Shown in pieces: positions 1 to 9,789 of a stretch of DNA of 64,000 nt. The notes beneath the pieces are model-generated. The model was not told the origin of the DNA. It worked only from the letters and a program-made list of their open reading frames with translations, and did no database searches. Each line of letters opens with the position of its first letter. The first letter of the stretch is position 1. The DNA comes from Gammaproteobacteria bacterium (GTDB lineage Bacteria > Pseudomonadota > Gammaproteobacteria > Natronospirales > REEB76): contig JBAWFA010000004.1 of NCBI GenBank assembly GCA_049591455.1, positions 157,138-221,137 of the forward strand, written 5' to 3'. The position numbers and the translations under genes were made by a program.

Positions 1-1576
1 TCGCGGAAAGCGCGGACACCTGTCGCACACCGGCCGTTGCGCCCACGCGCTCCAGCAGCTCTTGGTCAAACACCTTGACCTGCTTGACGTAGGCTTGGTA
101 TTGAGCCTCGGTTTGATCGCCCTCGCCGCCCGGCAACATGACGCTGAAGAAGCTGCGTTGCGCCGGGATAAAGCCGAGGTCTTGATGCTTCAGCCCGAAG
201 ACATTGGACTGCAAATGCGCAGCGGTTAGCAGCAGGATCAGGCTCGCTGCGAGTTGCAGCACCACCAGCGCACGCAGCGTGCGCACCAGGCGCGGCCCGC
301 CGGTGCTGTGGCTGGTGACGGTGAGATCCGCGGCCGCAGCGCCGGGAGCGCGCAGACGCCGCAGGCCCGCGAGTGAGAGCAAAAGGGCGATGATTACGAC
401 CGCGGCGAGCGTCGCGAGCAACACCGGCGCGGAGAATACAGCGGATTGACCGGTCTGGCCCACCAGTGCGCTCAAGGCGCGGCTGCCGAGCCACCCCAGC
501 CCGATACCGAAAATCCCGCCGATGAGACCCAGAGCAAGCAATTCGCGTAGCCGCCCGGCGAACAGCCGCAGCGGTCTTGCGCCCAGGGCCATGCGTGTCG
601 CGAACTCCTGGCGCCGCGCGAGCGCATCGGCAGTCGCAAGGCCAGCGAGATTGGCGAATACCAGCAGCAGCAGCAACACCGCGGCGATTCCAAGTACCTG
701 CAGACGCGTGAGCACGGGGCCGTATTCGCGTTCCGCCAACGTTGCCATTCGCGCGTGCATATCGGTGGAGACAAGATAATGGCGCATGCCGGGGATGTAA
801 CGCGACAGCGATTCCTGGTAGGTACTCTCCAGTGCACCGCGCAGCGTTCCGGGGGCGAGCGGAACGAGCGGGTATACTAGCGCGTGCATGTTGAACTGGA
901 TACTGTCGAGCAGACCAGTCTGCTCGGGCGGGAGCGGCAACCAGGCTTGCGTGACCTGCTCCTCACTCAGACTGCCGGACGGGAAGGTAACAGCTGCCGG
1001 TAACACGCCGACGACTTCAGTGGTCTCTCCGTTGAGCGTCAGAATCCGGCCGATGGCCGCGCCGGCGCTGCCAAATTGTGAGCGCGCCAGATTCTCTGAA
1101 ATCACGATGACTGATGCTGCCCCCGGAAGGGAATCAGCGGAGTTCAACATGCGGCCCGCCATGACCTGTATGCCGAGTACCTGGGCAAGCGACGGCGTCG
1201 CCCTCACATAAGCTATTTGCCGAGGGTTGCCGTTGTTGATACTCAGCGTGCCGCTGAGCGACCAGTACAACGCGGTTTCGGCGCGGCCTTTGAGCGTGGA
1301 CGCGAGCCCGTCGTACACCGGCCGGGAGACGCCCATAGCCGAGGGTGGCAAGGCCTTGAATTCCATCGGCTGGAGATAAGGTTCGATCAAGTGCTGATGC
1401 GTGGCGCCCGGCACCACGGGGCCGAAGAGCACGCCCAAGTTTCCGAGCACCGCGATATTGGCGGCCACCGCAATCGCCAGAGTTGCGATCACTCCCAACT
1501 TGAACGAGAGGCGCCGGCCGTGCAGGGCATGGCGCCAGTCCGTCTTCAATCCCGAGATCGCATCAAGAAGTTTCAT
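1..1576 (-). CDS. ABC-type efflux permease, FtsX/MacB-like, second tandem copy (N-terminal ~525 codons; 3' end lies beyond the window edge)
   Basis: This ORF is absent from the ORF track because it runs off the window. Hand translation of the minus strand from ATG 1576 gives MKLLDAISGLKTDWRHALHGRRLSFKLGVIATLAIAVAAN..., the same N-terminal architecture as the neighbouring permease. It also gives an FtsX-type TM stretch LALGLIGGIFGIGLGWLGS around 480-540. The two listed minus-strand ORFs here (66..494, 472..837) are in the other two frames. Confidence 0.6.
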   Translation of the reverse strand, partial: MKLLDAISGLKTDWRHALHGRRLSFKLGVIATLAIAVAANIAVLGNLGVLFGPVVPGATHQHLIEPYLQPMEFKALPPSAMGVSRPVYDGLASTLKGRAETALYWSLSGTLSINNGNPRQIAYVRATPSLAQVLGIQVMAGRMLNSADSLPGAASVIVISENLARSQFGSAGAAIGRILTLNGETTEVVGVLPAAVTFPSGSLSEEQVTQAWLPLPPEQTGLLDSIQFNMHALVYPLVPLAPGTLRGALESTYQESLSRYIPGMRHYLVSTDMHARMATLAEREYGPVLTRLQVLGIAAVLLLLLVFANLAGLATADALARRQEFATRMALGARPLRLFAGRLRELLALGLIGGIFGIGLGWLGSRALSALVGQTGQSAVFSAPVLLATLAAVVIIALLLSLAGLRRLRAPGAAAADLTVTSHSTGGPRLVRTLRALVVLQLAASLILLLTAAHLQSNVFGLKHQDLGFIPAQRSFFSVMLPGGEGDQTEAQYQAYVKQVKVFDQELLERVGATAGVRQVSALSA

Positions 1577-1615
1577 GGCATCCTTATCTTCAAGAGTTAA
1601 TTTCGAGCCAAAGTG

Positions 1616-4135
1616 TTATTCCAGCCTCAATGCCGTCGCCGGTGAAACGCGGCTCGCGCGCCATGCCGGAATCCAGCCGGCGGCGAGTGCAGTAAAGCTC
1701 AGAATCACAAATACCAGGAATAGCGACACCGGGTCGGCGAAGTTCACGTCATAGAGCGCCGCGCTGAATACATGGCTGAGCAATACCGCGCCAATGAGTC
1801 CGAGGACGAGGCCGATCACCAGGAGCTTCGCGATCTCGCGCATCACCAAGCCAAGCAACTTACTGCGGTCCGCGCCCAGGGCCGCGCGGATGCCGAACTC
1901 ACGCAGTCGCTGGCTGATGCTGTAGCTTTGCACCGCGTAGAGGCCCACCGCCGCGAGCAGCAGCGCACCGGCTGCGAACATCAGGATCAGGGTCATGAGG
2001 CCGCGGCGCGGGGAAAGTTGCGCCGATAGGCGTTGATCCATGCTACGTACATCGTAAATGGGTACGCCGGGCACGGCGCGGGCCACGGCTTGGCTCAAGG
2101 CCGGCAGAATTGCGGCAGTCGACAGCGGCGTGCGCACCGCCACGTACCAGGATGATGGTGCAAATGAGTAACCTTTCATGCTTAACATCTGACTGCGATC
2201 CAGGTAAATCGCCCCACGGCGCGGCGCTTGCCCCACTTGTTCGCGATGCGTGACGCCCGCGACGCCGATTACCTTGTACAGAAAGCCGACGCGGGTCCTG
2301 TTCGGTGCGTCCAAATTGAACTCGCGGCCCACGACGGTGGTCGTGCCGAACATCTGCTCGGCGGCCTTGACGTCAATGATCGCGACTCCTGTTTGGGGGT
2401 TGGCACCCTGCGGCGCGGCGAAAGACGCCGCCGAGGGCGCAGCGGCATCCTGCGGTGTGAAACTGCGTCCCGACAGCAACGGAACGGCGAGAGCTTGGAA
2501 GTAATCTGTGTCCGTAGTGATTGCAGCAACGTTAGCTGAATGTTTCCTATCCCAGGGATATGGAAATACCGATTCCCAATCCGCGGTCCCGGCAAATGGC
2601 ACATCGCTGGTAATGGTGGCCGCGTTCACGCCGGGGACCTGAGCGAGTGCAGCGCGCAACTGTGAAAGTTCAGGGCCGATATTCGACAATGCAGTGGCAT
2701 TGTTGTCGGTGTTCACGGGCAAGTTGATCTGGAAGGTGATCACATGTTCAGGCTGAAAGCCGAGCTTGACGGTGTTGAGCTTCATCAGGCTGTGGACCAG
2801 CATGGCGCCGATGCCGGTAAGGATGCAGGCAAGCACCAGTTGGGTAATAACGAGAACCGCGCGGATGCGGTGTTCGCCAGCCCCGCCGGAGCTGCGCGCG
2901 TCGCCTTCTCTCAACGCTTGGGCCAGATCTTGACGGCGGATGAAATACAGGCCGGCGAACGAGAACACCAGCGCTGAGAGGATCGCGAGCACCAAGGCGA
3001 TGCCGGCGGATATGCCCCACTCATGCACCGGGAACGCGAGTGCGGAGGCGCCAAAGCCAGTATGCAGCAATATCCGCAGCAACACTTCCCCAAAAATCAG
3101 ACCGACGATGGCGCCGGCCACACACAGCACCAGGCTCTCCGAGAACAGTTGGCGAAAGAGCGTGCGGGTGTCGGCGCCCAACACGCGCCGCAGAATCAAC
3201 TCACCGCGCCGCGAAAGAGCGCGGGCAATGAATAGGTTGGCGAGGTTGAACCACACCAGCAGCAGCAACAATCCGGTCGCCAGTTGCACCAGGATCAATC
3301 GTTGGCTCAGGTCGCCGACGAGCGCGACGCGTAGCGGCGTCGCGGTAATTCCGAAGCCAACCTTTTTGTACAGTGGGATGGCCGCGGGAGCGGGATAATG
3401 GGCAATCGCATTTTCCAGGACCGTTTGTGCCTGGGTATTAAAAATGGCCGGTGTTGCGATGGGTTTGAGTCGCGCGATCATCTGTTTATTGAAGTTCCCT
3501 AAACGCTGGGGATTGTGGTCATCGGCCGTGATGATCTCGGGAATCCACACATCGATCTCGGGATTGGGGAACTGAAAGCTCTGTGGCATAACGCCGATCA
3601 CGGTGTAGGCGTTGTCGTTTAGCCGCACGGTGCGGCCGAGCACCGCAGGATTGCGGTTGAACAGTTGCGACCACAGCCGGTAGCTCAGCACGATCTCGCT
3701 AGCGGCACCCGGTTGGTTCGCGGGCGGTGCGAACACTCGCCCTATGAGCGGACGCATTCCCAAGGTCGCAAACAGGGAAGATGTGGCGGACACGCCGCGC
3801 ACGTGCACCACCTGTTCCGCAATCGCCAAGTTGAGATCCTCGTAGCTGTATATCCCGGCATTGCCGAGTGCCGTGCTCTGCGACAGCATGTCAAAATACA
3901 ACGGCGATGACACCGAGCCGTCCATGACCATGGTTTTGGCGCTCAGCGATACCTGTACCAACTGCCCGGCGTTGGGATACGGTAAAGGCGCGAGCAGATA
4001 GCCGTAGAGCAGACTCAAGGTCGCGGTGTTGGCGCCGATGCCGATGGTAAGCGTCAGGATCACGGCGACCGCGAAGCCGGGTTTGCGCGCCAGCGTGCGG
4101 ACGAGTGCGGTCAGGCGATGAGCGAAGATTTCCAT
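1616..4135 (-). CDS. ABC-type efflux permease with duplicated FtsX/MacB-like modules (~840 aa)
   Basis: 861-aa ORF. It has an N-terminal TM helix (GFAVAVILTLTIGIGANTATL), large extracytoplasmic domains and two FtsX-like 4-TM blocks. The C-terminus ...IPAWRASRVSPATALRLE is typical of FtsX-family permeases. I moved the start to ATG 4135 (MEIFAHRL...) so it does not overlap the upstream ATPase gene. Confidence 0.8.
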   Translation of the reverse strand: MEIFAHRLTALVRTLARKPGFAVAVILTLTIGIGANTATLSLLYGYLLAPLPYPNAGQLVQVSLSAKTMVMDGSVSSPLYFDMLSQSTALGNAGIYSYEDLNLAIAEQVVHVRGVSATSSLFATLGMRPLIGRVFAPPANQPGAASEIVLSYRLWSQLFNRNPAVLGRTVRLNDNAYTVIGVMPQSFQFPNPEIDVWIPEIITADDHNPQRLGNFNKQMIARLKPIATPAIFNTQAQTVLENAIAHYPAPAAIPLYKKVGFGITATPLRVALVGDLSQRLILVQLATGLLLLLVWFNLANLFIARALSRRGELILRRVLGADTRTLFRQLFSESLVLCVAGAIVGLIFGEVLLRILLHTGFGASALAFPVHEWGISAGIALVLAILSALVFSFAGLYFIRRQDLAQALREGDARSSGGAGEHRIRAVLVITQLVLACILTGIGAMLVHSLMKLNTVKLGFQPEHVITFQINLPVNTDNNATALSNIGPELSQLRAALAQVPGVNAATITSDVPFAGTADWESVFPYPWDRKHSANVAAITTDTDYFQALAVPLLSGRSFTPQDAAAPSAASFAAPQGANPQTGVAIIDVKAAEQMFGTTTVVGREFNLDAPNRTRVGFLYKVIGVAGVTHREQVGQAPRRGAIYLDRSQMLSMKGYSFAPSSWYVAVRTPLSTAAILPALSQAVARAVPGVPIYDVRSMDQRLSAQLSPRRGLMTLILMFAAGALLLAAVGLYAVQSYSISQRLREFGIRAALGADRSKLLGLVMREIAKLLVIGLVLGLIGAVLLSHVFSAALYDVNFADPVSLFLVFVILSFTALAAGWIPAWRASRVSPATALRLE

Positions 4136-4154
4136 GACAGCGGTGTCCCGATGA

Positions 4155-4898
4155 TTAAAATTTCGACACTTTTTCCAGCTTGTGAAGCACGACTCCAGCA
4201 TTGTCGGCCTTGTCGTTCTCGGACACGATCTGGCCGTCGAACAGCCGCACTATGCGCTTGGCGTGTGCTGCGTAGCGCGGGTCGTGGGTCACCATGACGA
4301 TGGTCGCACCCTTGGCGTTGAGCGCCGCGAGCAGCTCCATGACCATCTCACCGTTGGTGGAATCCAGGTTGCCGGTAGGCTCATCCGCCAGCAGGATGGC
4401 CGGATCGCCCACCAACGCGCGCGCGGCGGCCACGCGCTGCTGCTGGCCACCCGACAACTGCGCGGGATAATGACGCACGCGATGTGACATGCCGACGCTT
4501 TCGAGCGCCACCTGCACCTTGTCGCGGCGCTCGGCGCGACTCACGCGGCCGCGATATACCAGTGGCAGTTCTACATTTTCGAACACGTTGAGGTCGCCGA
4601 TGAGGTTGAAGGACTGGAACACGAAGCCGATATTGCGGTTGCGGAATTTCGCACGCGCGGCGGCGTCGATTTCAGACACTTCGTTGCCAGCCAATTGATA
4701 GCGTCCCGACGTCGGCGTATCCAGCAATCCCAGTATGGACATGAGCGTGGTCTTGCCGCAGCCGGAAGGCCCCATGATGGCCACGTATTCGCCACTCTTA
4801 ACGCTCAGGTTGATCCCAGACAGCGCATGGGTTTCCACTTCGTCAGTCTGGTAAACCTTGGTTAGGTCTTTGATCTCGATGACGGCGTTGGCGTTCAT
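4155..4898 (-). CDS. ABC transporter ATP-binding protein (MacB/LolD-type)
   Basis: Walker A GPSGCGKTT, ABC signature LSGGQQQRVA and Walker B ILLADEPTGNLD. It overlaps the upstream OMP gene by 4 nt. Confidence 0.9.
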   Translation of the reverse strand: MNANAVIEIKDLTKVYQTDEVETHALSGINLSVKSGEYVAIMGPSGCGKTTLMSILGLLDTPTSGRYQLAGNEVSEIDAAARAKFRNRNIGFVFQSFNLIGDLNVFENVELPLVYRGRVSRAERRDKVQVALESVGMSHRVRHYPAQLSGGQQQRVAAARALVGDPAILLADEPTGNLDSTNGEMVMELLAALNAKGATIVMVTHDPRYAAHAKRIVRLFDGQIVSENDKADNAGVVLHKLEKVSKF

Positions 4899-6331
4899 GG
4901 CACAGGCTCTCCATTTATATTGGTGTCATTGGAACCTTGATAAGGCTGATTGGATTCGAGTCGCTTGCTCAGGTCCGACAACAACGCGGGTGAAAGCGTA
5001 CCGAGCGCCTGGGCAAGCGCGACACGGTTAGTCATGAGATCTACTACGGCTTGCGCGTAGGCAGTTTTGAGCGAGAGCAGCGTCTGACGTGCAATTACCA
5101 GATCCTGCTCCGAGTTCAACCCCTTCGCGACCGCCGCTGCGGTGGCGTTGACCGCCGCCTGTGCGGACGTCACCCCGGTTCGCAGTTGCTGGACGCGCTT
5201 GTTGGCGCTTTCAAGACCATCCAGCGCGTTATTAACCTGACTACGTACGGTCAGCTCGGTCGTGCGCGTCGTCGCATCCGCTGACTCTTCCTGAGCTTCG
5301 GCTGTCTGGCTGGCCGCGGAGGTAGCGCCGCCCGAAAAAATCGCCCAGCTGAGTTGCACGCCGATCAGGTTTTGGCTGGAATCCTGATTGGCGGGACTGG
5401 TGAGAATGGAGCCTGGAACCGAAAAATCCTGGTTGCCCACCACGAAATTACGCTGATGGCTCAACACCAAGGAGACTGCTGGCAGATACCCGCTCTGGGC
5501 CGCCGACAGGGCATGCCCGGCGGAATTCTGATTCAAACGAGCGGCCGCCAGCGTGGGATTTTGCGCCAGCGCCTGCCTTAACCATGCGGCGTTACTTATG
5601 GTTGGTGGCAGGTGCAGAGCCGCCGTCGCCGGCAATTCTGGAAAGGGGCCGGGTACGGGCACGCCGGTGTCGGTATCCAGCGTTCGATGGGCCTGTCGCA
5701 ATGATTGTTCCGCGGCCAAGGTTTCCGCTTGGGCCTGAGCCAGCGCTGCTTGGGTCTCGTCGGTCCCGATGATACCGCTCAGACCCGCTTGGTAACGCGC
5801 GGCCGCCTGGGTGGCCTGCACGTCGAACCCATGCTCCGCTTCGCGTGTGGCGTCCAATTGTGCCTGAGCATTCAGCACCGCCAGGTAATCCTGAGTCAGC
5901 GTCGCCATGAGCGTCTGGCGTGCAGCCTCCGCCGTTGCGACGCCGGCCGCTTCACTATAATCGGCGGCCGAGAGATTCTGGATCGCCTGCCAGTTGAACA
6001 GCGGTTGATCAAGCTCCAGATCCCAACCATTAGTGCGGGCATTCGAGGCCTGGGTCACCGGCACGATGCTGCTTCCATAAAACTCCGGTCCGCTGGATGA
6101 CTGGTTATCGACAACGCGGCTGGCGTTCAAATTCAGGGATGGCATTAGGTTAGCGAGGGCGGCTGAGTGTGCGGCCTGCGCTTCGCTGAGCGTGGCCTCG
6201 GCCTGTACGAGTGCGGGCGCGTGAAGTTTTGCCAGTTGCCACACTTGCAATAGGCTGGTGCCATGCGCTGAAGGAATTGCAGTAATGGCTGCTAGCATAA
6301 GTAGTAGATGAGACAGGGTTTGCATCTTCAT
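4895..6331 (-). CDS. TolC-family outer-membrane efflux protein
   Basis: Signal peptide MKMQTLSHLLLMLAAITAIPSAHG. The body is a two-fold repeated Ala/Gln/Leu-rich helical pattern typical of OMF/TolC proteins. It overlaps both neighbouring genes by 4 nt, which suggests translational coupling. Confidence 0.8.
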   Translation of the reverse strand: MKMQTLSHLLLMLAAITAIPSAHGTSLLQVWQLAKLHAPALVQAEATLSEAQAAHSAALANLMPSLNLNASRVVDNQSSSGPEFYGSSIVPVTQASNARTNGWDLELDQPLFNWQAIQNLSAADYSEAAGVATAEAARQTLMATLTQDYLAVLNAQAQLDATREAEHGFDVQATQAAARYQAGLSGIIGTDETQAALAQAQAETLAAEQSLRQAHRTLDTDTGVPVPGPFPELPATAALHLPPTISNAAWLRQALAQNPTLAAARLNQNSAGHALSAAQSGYLPAVSLVLSHQRNFVVGNQDFSVPGSILTSPANQDSSQNLIGVQLSWAIFSGGATSAASQTAEAQEESADATTRTTELTVRSQVNNALDGLESANKRVQQLRTGVTSAQAAVNATAAAVAKGLNSEQDLVIARQTLLSLKTAYAQAVVDLMTNRVALAQALGTLSPALLSDLSKRLESNQPYQGSNDTNINGEPVP

Positions 6332-7596
6332 CGCACGTTCACCTGCTTTGCGCCGGCAAACCCAGAAGTGTCGGAGACGATAACCTGTTCTCGGGGCGTC
6401 AACCCGCTCAACACCTGGATGTAGCGGTCGGAGGCGGCACCGAAATGAACCGAGACCGGAACCGCGGTGTTGCTACCCTCGCTCAGCCGATACAGCGTCA
6501 TGGTGCTGTTGGGGTTGGCGTAAGCGGGACGCTGGATATATAGGGTCTTTGCGATGTTAGCGATGTGGATCTGCCCCGTCACGGCGAGATTCGGACGAAC
6601 GTCGGAGGGCAACATACCATCCGGCATGACGTCCACATCTACGTTGTCGTTGCTGACCGTGGGCGAGACACGTGTGACGTGGCCGGTAAGATCCTGCGTA
6701 TCGGTGCTCGCCAATTCCAGCGTCACTGGCTGGCCGGTGGCCACTTCGCTGGCCTGGCTAGCAGGCACCTGCAGCGTGACCTTGAGTGACTTGAGGCTCG
6801 CAACACGCGCAATGTTGCCGCCGAGCGCGAGGGTCTGGCCTGACTGTATGGCTACATCTTGAACCACCCCCTCGAGATTGGCAGTCACGCGTAAGGCACT
6901 CACTTGTTGTTGGCGATCACTGAGCACCGCTTTGAGCGCAGCGACTTGGGCATTCGACGCGCGGTCTTGGGCCGCCATGCTTTGATGAAATGCATCGACA
7001 CGCTGCTGTGTCAGCGTGACCAGTTTCGCCAATTCTTCGGCCTCCAGCTGCGTGCTGGCGAAATCAAGCCGCGACACGATATGCTGGCTAAACAGGGACT
7101 GCTCGGCCTCATCCTTAAGCGCAGCAGTCTTGGCATTGACCTCAGCAGCATCCAGTGAGGCCTCAAGATCGAGAAGTTGATTTGTCAGCTGCGCTTTCTG
7201 GGATGCCCGATTCGCTTCCGCATTCGCCACATCCGCGCGCCCCTGCACCAGTGCGGATTCAATCGAGGGATTGGATAATATGGCGAGCACCGAGTTGGGC
7301 TTTACTTGGTCGCCTGCCTGCACATTCACGGTCTCGACAACGCCCGGAGCAGCGGCCGTGATCCAGCGCTCCACTACCGGTTTGAAGGTACCCGTGGTGC
7401 TTACGATGATGGGCAAAGGCCCCTGCTGCACCGTCGCGATCCATAAATCAGAGCGCTGCACGCTAGGCTCGGCCGGTGCGCGCGTGAGTGCCCAGATCAC
7501 CAGAGCAAGAAGGACCACGCCTACCGCAGCCACATAGGCGTAGCGCTTAAGCCTGCGACGGCGACGGATTTCCAGGGGGATGGCGACATCTGGCAT
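6328..7596 (-). CDS. HlyD-family periplasmic adaptor (membrane fusion protein)
   Basis: An N-terminal TM anchor (YAYVAAVGVVLLALVIWAL), a long coiled-coil segment, and lipoyl and beta-barrel-like flanks. It is the first gene of the efflux operon. Confidence 0.8.
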   Translation of the reverse strand: MPDVAIPLEIRRRRRLKRYAYVAAVGVVLLALVIWALTRAPAEPSVQRSDLWIATVQQGPLPIIVSTTGTFKPVVERWITAAAPGVVETVNVQAGDQVKPNSVLAILSNPSIESALVQGRADVANAEANRASQKAQLTNQLLDLEASLDAAEVNAKTAALKDEAEQSLFSQHIVSRLDFASTQLEAEELAKLVTLTQQRVDAFHQSMAAQDRASNAQVAALKAVLSDRQQQVSALRVTANLEGVVQDVAIQSGQTLALGGNIARVASLKSLKVTLQVPASQASEVATGQPVTLELASTDTQDLTGHVTRVSPTVSNDNVDVDVMPDGMLPSDVRPNLAVTGQIHIANIAKTLYIQRPAYANPNSTMTLYRLSEGSNTAVPVSVHFGAASDRYIQVLSGLTPREQVIVSDTSGFAGAKQVNVR

Positions 7597-7688
7597 GGGC
7601 GCATCTCACTATGGGTTACCCCAGATGCAGCAAGTTACATGCCAAGAAGGCTTAAGTGATGTAAACGTTTGATTGTAGAAAGATAAAG

Positions 7689-8279
7689 CTAGATTTCTCC
7701 GTACGCACACCAATTCCCTAGTCCCAAATTTGGAACTGGAGGAGGCTCTGGTCCCAAATTCGGGAAAATCACTCCCGTCGACGTGCAATTGGCCAGCGCG
7801 TTCTGCAGCAGGGTCGCGTTGTCCTCGGGCTGGGATATCTGGTTGAAGTGGATGGTCTCATGCACGACGCCGAACGGCACGAGGAACAGACTGCGTCTCT
7901 GCAAACAGCCTCGTTGCGCAACGGACGTCATGCGCTGGCCACGATGTAAGCCGCACGAGAGAGCCCTATTCGAAATACGGCGTCCGGATAAAATATAGTC
8001 GATAAGCCACATGATAATTGGCGATGAGTGAGTCATTTTCTGAAAAATCTCACTCAAAACTTCTTAGACTTGGTGTCGCGGACACGCGGACGGGACAACG
8101 CAAGCCTCCAGCGGCAGCTTGACGGAAGTGTCGACCGACTGGTTCTGGCCGAAATTCGCCTCAGTCAGAAACCGACCCATACCTGCGTATGGTGACTGTC
8201 TGCATTCGAGAAAGCTTGTAACCACTACAGGCCAAGCTCGCGCTTGGACGCCATCCTCAAGATCATCTGGACTTCGCAA
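7689..8279 (-). pseudogene. Possible gene remnant: two ORFs in one frame separated by a single TAA
   Basis: ORFs 8064..8279 and 7689..8057 share the same minus-strand frame and are separated only by a TAA at 8064-8066. The downstream ORF begins with TTG. I recognise no family, and local GC is lower than in the flanks. Confidence 0.25.
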
Positions 8280-8306
8280 AGTCTGCAGGACCGCGGCTGA
8301 CGGCTC

Positions 8307-9152
8307 TTAACCGTGGGTTTGTCTCATATAGCTTCTGTCCAGCCTAACAGCCGATGGCGTACGCCCAAGCACGCGCTTAAAGGTCCGGTTCATGTGGCTT
8401 TGATCGCAGAAACCCGCTTCTGTCGCGATCCATGCAAGTAGTAAGTCAGTTTCACGCAACAATCGGGCCGCGCGCTCAACGCGGAACCGCGCTGCGGTAT
8501 TCAAAAGTCCCTCGCCTACAGCATTTCGGTAAGCTGTGCCCAGCCAGGATGGGTGCAATCCAGCGTCGCACGCAAGTTCGCAGATTCTTCGGGTCGGATC
8601 GTCCCTGAGATGCCGGGTTATATCGTTAAGCCAATCAGGACGTCTCGCCCGGGATTCGAAGGGTGCTATTTGTAAGAATCGCCGAAGTGCCGCGAGAAGT
8701 CGCTTCTCGGTTATGCCCTGGCTGCAAGCACTGGCGAGCGACTGAGCTTCGGCGCCATCGCGGCCACCTATCCATCGCGAGACCGGGCCATCAGGAAGCC
8801 GCAGGCACCGAAGCCAGGCTGGGTCGAATTCAATCTCGATCTGTTCGAACCCTTCGGGCCCTGCAGTGTTGCGGTGTGCCGCACCGGCGGCATAGAGGAC
8901 GGCCGAGGGTCCGGAAATAAACTCTGTTCCAATGTCGGTCTGATTCGAATAAGCGCCGATGACGAATAGGGAGAGCAGCGGCCAATCATGAGCGTGCTCC
9001 GGCACGCAGGCACGGCTTCTATCGATGGTTCTCCTGACATTGGCCCCACTGAACCTGTGTAGCATCTTGCTCCCCGCATTCTGATGCGAGATTCGTATCC
9101 AAGGGGCAACATACCACCGGCCGGCAGCTCTGGCAAAACGACCGTAATCCAA
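8307..9152 (-). CDS. AraC/XylS-family transcriptional regulator
   Basis: The C-terminal double HTH is typical of AraC (…WIATEAGFCDQSHMNRTFKRVLGRTPSAVR), with a cupin-like N-terminal half. The true start may be the internal Met (MLHRFSG..., about 9065). It is divergent from the 9236 gene. Confidence 0.8.
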   Translation of the reverse strand: MDYGRFARAAGRWYVAPWIRISHQNAGSKMLHRFSGANVRRTIDRSRACVPEHAHDWPLLSLFVIGAYSNQTDIGTEFISGPSAVLYAAGAAHRNTAGPEGFEQIEIEFDPAWLRCLRLPDGPVSRWIGGRDGAEAQSLASACSQGITEKRLLAALRRFLQIAPFESRARRPDWLNDITRHLRDDPTRRICELACDAGLHPSWLGTAYRNAVGEGLLNTAARFRVERAARLLRETDLLLAWIATEAGFCDQSHMNRTFKRVLGRTPSAVRLDRSYMRQTHG

Positions 9153-9235
9153 GGGAAAGCCGCACCTTGAAACCGTCCAATACGCCGCCCTAAGCCACGC
9201 GCTACGGTAAGCACAGATAATGCATCAGTGACCCA

Positions 9236-9715
9236 ATGTCCTCGGATTTCCATTCTTTAATCGTCACTATCGGAACCGAGAGCTTCTCGGCACGGCCTCG
9301 GTACGATTTGGCGCCTCGCTCGTGTGCATGCTTGATGGCATTGCTGCCGTATTTTGGAAAAGTGATTCATGCTCGCTGGAGCGGAGAAGCGCTGTGGTCG
9401 CCACTTTCCAGGGTTTTGCCCTTGGACTTTATCCTTCCTCGGGAAAATCCCAGCGGCCGCCCCGGTCCGGGTGAAATACTGCTCTTTGCCGGAGAGCAGA
9501 GCGAACCCGAGCTGCTGATCGTTTACGGGACCAGCCGCTTTGCGAGCGAGGCCGGGCCGCTTGAAGGTAATCCCGTCCTTACTATCGAAAACCAACTTGA
9601 TCGCGTCTCGCATCTCGGTCCCCAGGTTCTATGGAGTGGGGCGATGGAGCTTCGTATCCAGTCGCAACCCCAAATACAGCTGCCGCGCGCAGGCACCCCT
9701 ACACGGATGACGTGA
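9236..9715 (+). CDS. Cyclophilin-like-fold protein (DUF3830-like)
   Basis: 159-aa ORF containing ...IHARWSGEALW... and APRSCACL segments that I associate with the DUF3830 family. This is recalled from memory only. Confidence 0.4.
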   Translation: MSSDFHSLIVTIGTESFSARPRYDLAPRSCACLMALLPYFGKVIHARWSGEALWSPLSRVLPLDFILPRENPSGRPGPGEILLFAGEQSEPELLIVYGTSRFASEAGPLEGNPVLTIENQLDRVSHLGPQVLWSGAMELRIQSQPQIQLPRAGTPTRMT

Positions 9716-9789
9716 GATACGCCCCATAATCCCTTAACTCGGAGTTAATCAATATGTATACCTATGGAATTCAGTTTCAACCGGTGAAT

